Of a stretch of 64,000 bases of DNA, positions 9,857 through 18,690 are shown one piece after another. The first letter of the stretch is position 1. Each line of letters starts with the position of its first letter. Both the position numbers and the translations under genes were made by a program. The DNA is from a virus: positions 1-64,000 of the IMG/VR virus record IMGVR_UViG_3300045988_127492, one strand, 5' to 3'. A model generated the notes under the pieces. That model was given only the letters and a program-made list of their open reading frames with translations, did not search any database and was not told the DNA's origin.

Positions 9857-10475
9857 TAAAATTTACGCAGAATATGAGCTGTTTATGGCAGGTCGTATTG
9901 ACTGGGCTGGATTTGTACAGAAAATCTATGAAGCCTTTGATAAGAAAATCAACGATATGGTATATGCGGCTGTAATGGCAGCAGGTGAGAAGGTTCTCCC
10001 GTCTACACAGTTCAATAAGACAGGTACACTTTCATCAACAACAAAAGATGAGTTTATGACTCTGATCGAAGATGTACAGATGGCTACAGGTGATGAAGTA
10101 GTTGTTATGGGTACCAAATCTGCTCTTGCAAAACTTTCTGCTATGGAAGATATTACCTGGGTATCTAATGCAATGAAAGATGAAAGACACACTACAGGCC
10201 GTTTAGGTATGTTTGAAGGTATTCGTCTTGTTGAAATTCCACAGAGATTTGCTAACAATGACACAAGTAAAAAGTTAGTAGATAATACTAAACTTCTGAT
10301 TATGCCAGTAGCTGATAACAAATTTATCAAGATCTACAATGAAGGCGATGCTCAGATTAAAGAAGTATCTGATGGAAATACAAATATGGATAAAACTAAT
10401 GAGTATGAATATCAGATTAAAATGGGTGTGGCCACAATTATTGGAAAGCGTTTCGGAGTTTGGACACTTAAATAA
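9857..10475 (+). CDS. Major capsid protein, exon 2
   Basis: The frame is open only from 9840. There is no RBS at ATG 9885. The sequence continues the capsid protein (…AGRIDWAGFVQKIYEAF...GVATIIGKRFGVWTLK). Confidence 0.75.
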
Positions 10476-10484
10476 AAAACTATT

Positions 10485-10511
10485 TAAAGAGGTGGAATTA
10501 CCACCTCTTTA
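10485..10511 (+). terminator. Hairpin terminator after the capsid gene
   Basis: TAAAGAGGTGG-AATTA-CCACCTCTTTA, a perfect 11-bp stem. The U-tract is weak. Confidence 0.5.
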
Positions 10512-10534
10512 ACTGATTAAAAAGGAGTAATAAC

Positions 10535-11071
10535 ATGGCAACAAGAAGAGCTGCAACAAAAGCTGTTGCTACTACTGAAAATACTACAAAGGAAACAGCT
10601 CCTGTTAAAACTACTAAAAAGTTTGAACAGAACGAACTTATTGAATGTCGTTCTTTAGTACAGGGAACATTATTTATGCCTGGTAAACAAAGTGATATTC
10701 TATACCGTTGGGATGGATATGGAGATGTTCGTGAAGTAGAATATAGAGATTTGTACTCTCTTAAATCTAGCCGATCACCATATATTTATGATCCATGTTT
10801 CCAGATTGAGAATGATGAATTATTAGAGGATCCTAGATGGAAAGATGTAAAAGATCTTTATGATAATCTTTATGATGCTTCTGATATTAATCAGTTTCTC
10901 GCTCTCCCACCAGCTCAGTTTAAGAAAGCACTTGCTGAAGTTCCTAGGGGACTTAAAACAGCAATTAAAATTGAGGTAGCAACTAGACTGGATAATGGTA
11001 CATTCGATTCTATTCAGAAAGTACGTGCTGTAGATGAAATTTGTGGTACAGAGTTAGAAAAAATGATTTAG
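10535..11071 (+). CDS. Hypothetical head-module protein (178 aa, basic N-terminus)
   Basis: RBS AAAAGGAG. Positioned after the capsid gene. Confidence 0.5.
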   Translation: MATRRAATKAVATTENTTKETAPVKTTKKFEQNELIECRSLVQGTLFMPGKQSDILYRWDGYGDVREVEYRDLYSLKSSRSPYIYDPCFQIENDELLEDPRWKDVKDLYDNLYDASDINQFLALPPAQFKKALAEVPRGLKTAIKIEVATRLDNGTFDSIQKVRAVDEICGTELEKMI

Positions 11072-11081
11072 GAGGTATCAT

Positions 11082-11519
11082 ATGACCTCTTATGAAACAG
11101 TATTTAAACGATTTGAAAATAAAGTCGAAGACATAAAAGTATTGAAATTAGCATCTGATGACTGGACGGAATTGTGCTTAGAATGGCTAAATAGTGCTAT
11201 TGCAATGATTGAACTTGATCAATTAAAAATAGAACATGATTTAACTAAAAAGAATGATGTTCTGTTTGAGTTTGAGGATACTCTTACTAACGGTGAAATA
11301 GAGGTCATTGCTTTATACATGGTCGTTGCTTGGTATGATATTCGTTTGAATTCTTTAGAACATACTAATATGTTCTATGGTTCAAAAGATGAAAAATGGA
11401 CTAGTCAAAAAGAACATGCCAACTATATTATGAGTATTCAAAAGAAATATAAAAAGGAAGCCAGAAAATATTTTAGGAATCACTCTTCCAGAAGTAATTC
11501 TTATCTGGATGGTGAGTGA
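11082..11519 (+). CDS. Head-tail connector/adaptor candidate
   Basis: RBS TAGGAGG. First of five tightly overlapping ORFs between the capsid and tail genes. Call is by position only. Confidence 0.4.
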   Translation: MTSYETVFKRFENKVEDIKVLKLASDDWTELCLEWLNSAIAMIELDQLKIEHDLTKKNDVLFEFEDTLTNGEIEVIALYMVVAWYDIRLNSLEHTNMFYGSKDEKWTSQKEHANYIMSIQKKYKKEARKYFRNHSSRSNSYLDGE

Positions 11520-11835
11520 TATGAAATACAAATATGGAACTTTTAATGATAATCAGTTTTCTGATTATATAGAAATACTACATAATAAGATTCATTGGCT
11601 TTTAATCTATCAGGAAAACGGTTATCCAAAACTTGATAAATATTTTGATAACCTGCAATTATATATTGCAGCATTGGCTGAATTAATACCATCACCTTAT
11701 GTGGTTGATTTAGCTAATACAATAGAATGTGCCAAACTTGAATTTAATAATTCTAATTTCAACCACCAGAAATATAGAAAAATAATTCTTGATGCGCACT
11801 CTATCATAGATAAGATAGGTGATAACCATGAGTGA
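11509..11835 (+). CDS. Hypothetical neck-module protein
   Basis: Overlaps the upstream stop. An alternative ATG lies at 11521. Confidence 0.4.
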   Translation: MVSDMKYKYGTFNDNQFSDYIEILHNKIHWLLIYQENGYPKLDKYFDNLQLYIAALAELIPSPYVVDLANTIECAKLEFNNSNFNHQKYRKIILDAHSIIDKIGDNHE

Positions 11836-12886
11836 TATCTTCAGAAAAAGAATGGCTTTATGCGGTGATACAGTGTCAGACAGTATTCGTACTCAGTCAG
11901 ACGAAATTATGCAGAAGACTTTCACTAATGATTTAGGTTACAGACAGTGTAAACTATATTCTAGGACTATGGAATACTTAGAAGATGTTGAAATCAAATA
12001 TCAGTATTCTCAAGTCTATACAATCAATAAAGACCAGGTTGAGTATCTGGCTCAATTCAGACCTGGCTATTTCCCTGAAAAGAAATATATGGACCAAGAT
12101 GGCATTGAACGTTTTGGTTTTTATCTTGAAATACCTGATAAGAATACAGGTGTCCATGAACTATGGCTTATCTTAGGAAAGAATGATAAGAACTCTTTCA
12201 TAAGATATAACATTCTTAAATGTAATTGGATGTTTAAGTGGGTAAAAAATAAACAGATTTATAGTTGCTTCGGAATCATTAGAAATCGTAATAATTATAA
12301 CAGTGGTGTTTGGAGTGATGGATTCTTTACATCAGTAGATAATCAGTCACAGTTCATTGTTCCTACTACTCCAACTACAGAGACAATTGATTATAATGAT
12401 CGTTTTATGTTGAGTGATTCTATGGTCAGACCTTTAGTTTTTGAAGTTTCAAAAATTGAAGATGCATTCCCATGCGGAGTCACGAAAATAACATTGAAAC
12501 AGGATCATTTTAATAAGAACACAGATAATACTGAACTACGAATTTGTGATTATTACGATTCTCCAGTAACTCCTCAAGAGCCAATCATAGAGGATATCAC
12601 TTTATCATGTTCAGGTTCTACTAGAGCTTTAAGAGTTGGTGGTTCTAAGAGAAATATTTCTATTATCAGTGATACTAAAGGACTTATTGTTACTTGGTCT
12701 TATGAATTTAATGGAAATAAACTGTCTGTTGAAGAATTGACTAATGACTTTGAAATCTCTGAAGGTGAGAATACATTAAGTATAAAAGCTTTATTAAACT
12801 ATGATAATTTAGGAAAAGTAATAAAAATTACTGCTACTCTTCCAAATAAACAGCCATCTTCTATTGAATTGGAGGTGATGCGATGA
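11828..12886 (+). CDS. Hypothetical virion protein (about 352 aa)
   Basis: ATG 11828 overlaps the upstream stop. The C-terminal about 100 aa look beta-rich and Ig-like. Confidence 0.45.
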   Translation: MSDIFRKRMALCGDTVSDSIRTQSDEIMQKTFTNDLGYRQCKLYSRTMEYLEDVEIKYQYSQVYTINKDQVEYLAQFRPGYFPEKKYMDQDGIERFGFYLEIPDKNTGVHELWLILGKNDKNSFIRYNILKCNWMFKWVKNKQIYSCFGIIRNRNNYNSGVWSDGFFTSVDNQSQFIVPTTPTTETIDYNDRFMLSDSMVRPLVFEVSKIEDAFPCGVTKITLKQDHFNKNTDNTELRICDYYDSPVTPQEPIIEDITLSCSGSTRALRVGGSKRNISIISDTKGLIVTWSYEFNGNKLSVEELTNDFEISEGENTLSIKALLNYDNLGKVIKITATLPNKQPSSIELEVMR

Positions 12887-13449
12887 CTCAAGAGCGAATT
12901 GAAAGACTACTCTCTTGTAGGAGTGAACAAGGATTTGATAGCATTTCTTATGATAAGCGAAAGATTTTAGAGGACTTATATAAGGACTCAGATATAATTG
13001 AAGTTTTGAATAATAAAGAACTTCAGGCTTTAAATGCATGTCCTGAAGATTACTACAATGTAAATATTTATTCTTTCCTAAAAATTCCAGAAGCACAAAG
13101 TACTGTTAAAAACTTTCTTTGTTTTGAAGTGAATGATACTGAAATTGTATACTCAAATAAAATCATGGTCTCAAAGCAGATCATTTTCCGAACTATAAGT
13201 CACCAGGATGATGTCAATACTTTATGGGGTATTAATCGACAGGACTTGCTGGCAGCTTTAGTTAAAGAAAGATTTCAATGGTCAAACATACTTGGCACTC
13301 AGTTGGTAAAGACATATGATTCTGGTAAAGTAGCTGAAAATGGTTATTATTATAGAAACATGTATTTTGAACAGACTGCTCCGAATGATATTCAAAATAG
13401 GCTTAAGAGTAATCGCTTAGATAAATTAGGTCGTGATTATTATGGATAA
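12883..13449 (+). CDS. Hypothetical neck/tail-completion candidate
   Basis: RBS GGAGGTG with ATGA-type coupling. Confidence 0.4.
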   Translation: MTQERIERLLSCRSEQGFDSISYDKRKILEDLYKDSDIIEVLNNKELQALNACPEDYYNVNIYSFLKIPEAQSTVKNFLCFEVNDTEIVYSNKIMVSKQIIFRTISHQDDVNTLWGINRQDLLAALVKERFQWSNILGTQLVKTYDSGKVAENGYYYRNMYFEQTAPNDIQNRLKSNRLDKLGRDYYG

Positions 13450-14233
13450 GCTTCTCATTTATTTAGGTGAGGGCCTTAAAATCAATGATCAGATTACTAT
13501 TTATCAGCCCTCTATTCTTGATATAGCTAAATATGGAGAAAATCATTATTTTAATGTAGTTTATAAAATATGCTCTATACCTTCTGACTATAAATCAGAA
13601 CTATGGGATCTGGGCTATAACTATAGTAAGTTGGATGATTTTGATTTATTTGTTCTTCTTACTCGTGACATAGACGTTGAAGATACGCGCCTTCTTCTAG
13701 GGGATACTATCTCACTAAAAGATATGACACCTTTAGTTAATCCAGAAACTCATAATTTAGTCTTATATGATGAAAACACTGAGTTAGTAATTACTCGTGA
13801 TATATACACGGAAATGATATCTTTCATCCGTGAAATGCACAACATTCACCCTAAGCGTGAACGAGCTGCAAACAAAGAAACTCTGCAACTATTAGTAGAT
13901 GAAGATAGAAGGAAAAAAATTCAAAGAGCAAAAGAAGCTTCTCAAGAATCCTCACCGGGTTCTTTTTTATTACCTCTAATTTCATCTATGGTAAATAGTC
14001 CTGGTTTCAAATATGACATTAATAGTCTTAAAAGTCTTGGAATCTATGCATTTTTAGATTCTGTCCAAAGGATTCAGGCCATTAATACTGCTGCTTCCAT
14101 TTCTGCAGGAATGTACAGCGGAATGGTTGATATGTCTAAGAATCCAAATCTACTCAAGCAATTAAATTGGTTGCGTGACTTATCTAATGAACATTCTTCT
14201 TCGAGCAATGTGCAAGTCACTAAAACCGAATAA
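13442..14233 (+). CDS. Hypothetical protein (about 263 aa)
   Basis: ATG 13442 overlaps the upstream stop (ATGGATAA). Confidence 0.4.
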   Translation: MDKLLIYLGEGLKINDQITIYQPSILDIAKYGENHYFNVVYKICSIPSDYKSELWDLGYNYSKLDDFDLFVLLTRDIDVEDTRLLLGDTISLKDMTPLVNPETHNLVLYDENTELVITRDIYTEMISFIREMHNIHPKRERAANKETLQLLVDEDRRKKIQRAKEASQESSPGSFLLPLISSMVNSPGFKYDINSLKSLGIYAFLDSVQRIQAINTAASISAGMYSGMVDMSKNPNLLKQLNWLRDLSNEHSSSSNVQVTKTE

Positions 14234-14254
14234 TAAATCAAGGAGGAAATTATT

Positions 14255-15055
14255 ATGGCAAATTTTGATTCTCTGGTTATTGATAGAGTCTTAGAAATTG
14301 TTGGTGAAAATAGTGACGGCGAACTGCTCTACCTGTTAAACAACCTGTCTAATGTTTCTATTAATACAACTTCTGAAAGTAAAGATAAAACAGATGCTCT
14401 CGGTGTACTGATTAAGAGATTCTATACATCCAAATCTGTAGAAGTATCTGCTGATTGTAACTTACTTTCTTTCTCTATGTTATCTCAGACTTTTGGTACA
14501 GACAAGGTTGTAGCTTCAAAAGAATCTAAATTCTTAGCACCGAAAATCTTACATATTGATACTACAGGTATCAAAGAGTATACAATTCCGACAAAGCTGA
14601 AACCGAAGGCTCCGCTGACAAAACTGTATGCTCTGGAAGCGAATGGAACTTTAGGAAAAGCCTATACTGCTTCTTCTACTGCTGCCGCAACTGCAACTGA
14701 ATTTGTATACGATGAAAGTACTGGAAAGATTACTCTTCCAACTGGAGTAACAGGTACTTTGATTGCTAAATATGAATATGAAACAGAAAGTGGCGTTAAA
14801 GTTACTAATGAATCCGATAAGTTCCCGACAACTTCTTCTCTGACAATGAAAGTTCTCGTTGCAGATACATGTTCTGTAGATGTTGTTCGTGCAGCTTATA
14901 TTGTATTCCCTAGCTTCCAGGTATCTCCAGACTGCGATCTGACACTGGAAACTGATAGCACAATCTCCTTCTCTGGTGTAGCTCAGAAAGATTACTGCCA
15001 GACAGGTGCTCCACTGTATTACATTGTAATGACAGAGGATGACGTAGAGGAATAA
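14255..15055 (+). CDS. Major tail protein candidate
   Basis: Strong RBS AAGGAGGAAA; 266 aa, Thr/Ser/Val-rich. A strong terminator follows. It is the last structural gene before the chaperone and tape-measure block once the inserted cassette is ignored. Confidence 0.5.
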   Translation: MANFDSLVIDRVLEIVGENSDGELLYLLNNLSNVSINTTSESKDKTDALGVLIKRFYTSKSVEVSADCNLLSFSMLSQTFGTDKVVASKESKFLAPKILHIDTTGIKEYTIPTKLKPKAPLTKLYALEANGTLGKAYTASSTAAATATEFVYDESTGKITLPTGVTGTLIAKYEYETESGVKVTNESDKFPTTSSLTMKVLVADTCSVDVVRAAYIVFPSFQVSPDCDLTLETDSTISFSGVAQKDYCQTGAPLYYIVMTEDDVEE

Positions 15056-15070
15056 TCCTTGAATTGTTAT

Positions 15071-15096
15071 ACCCCGGATTCGTCCGGGGTATTTCT
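15071..15096 (+). terminator. Rho-independent terminator
   Basis: ACCCCGGA-TTCG-TCCGGGGT hairpin followed by ATTTCT. Confidence 0.6.
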
Positions 15097-15120
15097 AATG
15101 AAGAAAAGGAGGAATACTCG

Positions 15121-15438
15121 ATGAAATCAAAACCAAGAATTTGTGTAACTTGCGGCGCTACTTATGAGTATTGTCCTAAGTGCTCAAAGGATGCTGATAA
15201 ACCTGTTTGGATGGTAGCTTTTCATACAGAGGAATGTAGAAAAGTATATAACATCATAGCAAGATATAACACTACTGATTTATCCAAAGAGGATGCAAAA
15301 AAAGAACTCTCTGATATTGTTTCTCATAAAGTAAGTTTCTCTGCTCCTATTCAGGAAAAGATTGACGAGATTATGAAAGAAGAAACAGTACAGGCGAAAC
15401 CTACTGTAAAACGTAGAAAAATAGTGACGGAAAATTAA
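15121..15438 (+). CDS. Small zinc-ribbon protein (105 aa)
   Basis: ATG after AAGGAGGAA. CVTCG...CPKCS pair and a Lys/Arg-rich C-terminus. Confidence 0.5.
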   Translation: MKSKPRICVTCGATYEYCPKCSKDADKPVWMVAFHTEECRKVYNIIARYNTTDLSKEDAKKELSDIVSHKVSFSAPIQEKIDEIMKEETVQAKPTVKRRKIVTEN

Positions 15439-15449
15439 ATACTTTATTG

Positions 15450-15492
15450 AGGGGAAAGCCGCACTATTTTTGCAGTTTCCCCTTATTTTTTT
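15450..15492 (+). terminator. Rho-independent terminator
   Basis: GGGGAAAG...(loop)...GTTTCCCC followed by TTATTTTTTT. Confidence 0.55.
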
Positions 15493-15504
15493 CGGAGGAA
15501 TTAA

Positions 15505-15732
15505 ATGGAGATTGTAATACCTAAAATAAAAGGAATACCATACGATCCTAATAAAGTGGTCCGTATATTAAATACACAGCAGACAGCTGCATATTTAAAA
15601 CATGGAGCAGAATTATTAGATGTATATCAAAGTGTTGATACCAAAACAGGCACTCCTCTTTTAGTTTATATCTTCGATAGAAGTAAAACTAAAGAACTTT
15701 ATGATCTATGGTGTAAACATGAATTGAAATGA
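15505..15732 (+). CDS. Small protein (75 aa), paralog-like to 44214..44393
   Basis: RBS CGGAGGAA. Pattern ...QQTAAYLKHGAELLDV...LLVYIFDRSKTKELYDLW resembles small phage proteins I recall as DUF5659 (unverified). Confidence 0.5.
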   Translation: MEIVIPKIKGIPYDPNKVVRILNTQQTAAYLKHGAELLDVYQSVDTKTGTPLLVYIFDRSKTKELYDLWCKHELK

Positions 15733-15750
15733 TGATAAAAGGGGTTAAGT

Positions 15751-17256
15751 ATGAAAAATAGTGAACATACAAAATATTGTTACCTAAAATCAAATTATAA
15801 TATCGAATGTGAACCTTTTACTAATATTGAAACTAATATTAGTATTAAAATTTTTAATGGGGAAATATATACGTCTATCGCAAAATTATATAATAGTATT
15901 AAACATTTAGAAGACATTAAAGAAAAAATTTTTAATTCAAAAGAGACTTTACAAAATGTATTTATACAAAATAATTCTATACATATAAATATTGAAACAA
16001 AAGAAGGACAAACTTATTCAACTACAATAGGTGGTTATAAACGGCTCTATAAGCATAGAGTTGTATTTCAAAATATTGTCAAGAATAATGAAGACATATT
16101 ATTGTCTACTTATATAGGTGCTCAAACTAAAGTACTTATAGATTTTAAATGCGGTCATGAACCTAATTTTGTAACACCTAATAGTTATTTATCTGGATCT
16201 AGGTGCCCAATATGTGCCAATAGAATAACACTTCCTTACATAAATGATTGTTATACCACTGCACCTGAACTGTTACAATATTTTGTAGATGAGAAAGACG
16301 CTATAGGAATGAGCGCAAATGATATCAATAAGCGTTTATATAAATGTCCTAAATGCAATTGTGTCAAAGAAGATACTTTGCACAATATTAAAAGTTTTGG
16401 CTTTAGTTGTCCCGTGTGTTCTGATGGAATTTCTTATCCTGAAAAATTAATGTATAGTATATTGACACAGTTAAAAATTGATTTTGAAATACATAAAACT
16501 TTTAAATGGTGCAAATTTAAAATACATGAAAAAGAACATTTTGGTATATATGATTTTGTAATAAATAATTTAAAATTAATTATAGAAATGGATGGACGCT
16601 TTCATTATTCAGATAATAATAGATCTGGTAATTCTTTAAGAGATTCAAAAGAACTAGACTTTGAAAAGGATAAGCTTGCTATTGAGAATGGATATAAAAT
16701 AATTCGTATTGATTGTAATTATAAATCCATATCCAATAGATTCGATCATATCAAAAATAGTATAGTTAATAGCCTAAATGATTTTCTCAATTTAAAAAAA
16801 ATTGATTGGGAAACTGCTCAACAATATGCTTTGAATTCTAATTTAATAATTGCTTGTCAGTTATGGGAAGAAGGATTTAATAGTGCAGAAATTGCCCAAA
16901 AATTGCAATTAAATATTAGTACTATTATAAACTATTTAAAAATTGGTAAAGAGAATAATATATGCGGCTATACAAGAACCCAAGCTTATAAACGCCGAGA
17001 TATAAAATCACAATTAAAATTGAATAAATATGTAAAAGTTTTAGATTCCAATAACAAATTAATTGGAATCTTTTTTAATTTGGATAGTTTCATCCAAAAT
17101 TACTTTGAATTAACAGGCATAAAAATATCAAAAAGAAATATTCGTGAAGTGCTAAATGGCACGCATAAAAGCACACATAAATTGTATTTTGTAGAAATAT
17201 CTCAAAAAGAATATCGTGAACTTTCCAAATTATCTGAAATCATAAAGGATAACTAA
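15751..17256 (+). CDS. Free-standing homing-endonuclease-like protein (zinc ribbons + PD-(D/E)xK/Vsr-like core + HTH)
   Basis: Repeated CxxC pairs (CGHE...CPIC, CPKC...CPVC). YDFVINNLKLIIEMDGRFHY is a DUF559/Vsr-like nuclease motif. HTH at FNSAEIAQKLQLNISTIINYL. The C-terminus has a NUMOD1/IENR1-like segment. Confidence 0.6.
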   Translation: MKNSEHTKYCYLKSNYNIECEPFTNIETNISIKIFNGEIYTSIAKLYNSIKHLEDIKEKIFNSKETLQNVFIQNNSIHINIETKEGQTYSTTIGGYKRLYKHRVVFQNIVKNNEDILLSTYIGAQTKVLIDFKCGHEPNFVTPNSYLSGSRCPICANRITLPYINDCYTTAPELLQYFVDEKDAIGMSANDINKRLYKCPKCNCVKEDTLHNIKSFGFSCPVCSDGISYPEKLMYSILTQLKIDFEIHKTFKWCKFKIHEKEHFGIYDFVINNLKLIIEMDGRFHYSDNNRSGNSLRDSKELDFEKDKLAIENGYKIIRIDCNYKSISNRFDHIKNSIVNSLNDFLNLKKIDWETAQQYALNSNLIIACQLWEEGFNSAEIAQKLQLNISTIINYLKIGKENNICGYTRTQAYKRRDIKSQLKLNKYVKVLDSNNKLIGIFFNLDSFIQNYFELTGIKISKRNIREVLNGTHKSTHKLYFVEISQKEYRELSKLSEIIKDN

Positions 17257-17261
17257 AATAT

Positions 17262-17744
17262 ATGAGGAACTATAAAAAAAGATCTAAGTATGGTGTCGAT
17301 CAAACAACTAAGGGTAAACAGAATCGTACTGTTATGGATAGAAAAACAAAAAAAGAAGTATGTTTCGACTCTCTATTAGAGAAGCGATTTTATGAGGACA
17401 TCATATGTACTGGATTAGACTCCGGTGAAATTATAGATTACGAACTACAAAAGAAATATAAATTACAACCGTCTTTCAAACATAACGGAAAGACTATACG
17501 CGCAATAGATTATGTTGCTGACTTTTGGGTTAAATATTCAGATGGCAGCGAACGTGTTTATGATACAAAAGGTGGAATGGTTGATCCTTCTGCCAAGATC
17601 AAAAGGAAACTGATGTATTATATCTATCCTGATTTGGACTATGTATGGATTACTCATACTAAGTCTACCGGTTGGATTGATTGGGATGAAAATGAAGCTC
17701 TAAAAAGGGCTAGGAAGAAAGAGGGAAAAAAGGATGGAAATTAA
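17262..17744 (+). CDS. DUF1064-like PD-(D/E)xK nuclease (RecU/resolvase-like)
   Basis: FDSLLEKRFYEDI...IDYVADFWV...VYDTKGG matches the recalled DUF1064 pattern (F.S..E...Y.aDF...D.KG). Unverified. Confidence 0.5.
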   Translation: MRNYKKRSKYGVDQTTKGKQNRTVMDRKTKKEVCFDSLLEKRFYEDIICTGLDSGEIIDYELQKKYKLQPSFKHNGKTIRAIDYVADFWVKYSDGSERVYDTKGGMVDPSAKIKRKLMYYIYPDLDYVWITHTKSTGWIDWDENEALKRARKKEGKKDGN

Positions 17745-18246
17745 TATTTTAGAATTTGTAAACGAGTATAAGAAAGATCCGGCGGAAGCCTTAAAAAAAC
17801 TTGAAGTTGAAAATTATGTGCCATTTACTACTAAAAAGGCACTTATAGATACAGTTATTGAAAGTATCCTTGAATACGATACTGCTCTTCTTACATATGA
17901 ACCAATGAATAAACATTTAAACTTTTCTCTGTCATGTGTAGTGATTTATACAAATCTTACTTATGGAGATGAAGAAGGTCTTGATGCCTATGATGCGTTA
18001 GTGTCTTCTGGTCTCTTAGATAAAATCATTGAAATGATTGGTGTAGATTATGGTGACATGGTTGCTATGTTTGAAGAAACACTCTCTGCCCGTATTTCAT
18101 TCACAAACTCTATTTCTAATAGATTCAGTGCGTTTATTGGTGTATTAGAAAAAGTTTTTGAGAATGCATCTCCGGAAGATTTAAATTATTTACGAAAGTT
18201 GGCTGATACAGATGGGGACAATACCACAGCTAAGAAAGCTGATTGA
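17734..18246 (+). CDS. Tail assembly chaperone candidate (G-like)
   Basis: Acidic 170-aa ORF, the first of two ORFs immediately upstream of the tape measure. Confidence 0.45.
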   Translation: MEINILEFVNEYKKDPAEALKKLEVENYVPFTTKKALIDTVIESILEYDTALLTYEPMNKHLNFSLSCVVIYTNLTYGDEEGLDAYDALVSSGLLDKIIEMIGVDYGDMVAMFEETLSARISFTNSISNRFSAFIGVLEKVFENASPEDLNYLRKLADTDGDNTTAKKAD

Positions 18247-18676
18247 CCAAGGGATAACTATTGGTCTACAGCAATTTATTAACGATTACAAGCCCAAGAT
18301 GGAAAGAGATGCTCAACAGTCAGAAGAAAAATATTATAATGACTACTCTTCTTGGGCTGACGGATATAGACATTATGATTTAAAAAATATTCATACAATT
18401 ACAGGCTTTGCTTATAGTCGAAGTGCAGAGCTTAGAGCACGATTTGATTCAAGTAATATGTCTGGAGGTCATGGTATATGGACCCCTTTAAGTAACTATG
18501 TTGCCGATCCAGAAACAGTTTTCTCCTGGGGATTTGAAACAGGTAATCATGGATTCCATGTAACAAAGACTCCTATCAGAACTTACTGGGAGCAATACTT
18601 CCGTGCAAGAAAAGCCCAAGCAAAAGGGCAAGCTACAAAATTCGTTATCAGCGGATTACATTCTGTTGGTTTATAA
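18212..18676 (+). CDS. Second chaperone-position ORF (T-like), +1 frame relative to 17734
   Basis: Overlaps the upstream ORF by 35 nt and has no Shine-Dalgarno. Its frame is open from 18185. Confidence 0.4.
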   Translation: MGTIPQLRKLIDQGITIGLQQFINDYKPKMERDAQQSEEKYYNDYSSWADGYRHYDLKNIHTITGFAYSRSAELRARFDSSNMSGGHGIWTPLSNYVADPETVFSWGFETGNHGFHVTKTPIRTYWEQYFRARKAQAKGQATKFVISGLHSVGL

Positions 18677-18690
18677 AGTGAGGTGAGAAA

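Noticed and set aside
9926-10330. 134-aa minus-strand ORF opposite capsid exon 2
   Set aside because: It is a shadow ORF. The plus-strand frame encodes a recognisable capsid sequence.
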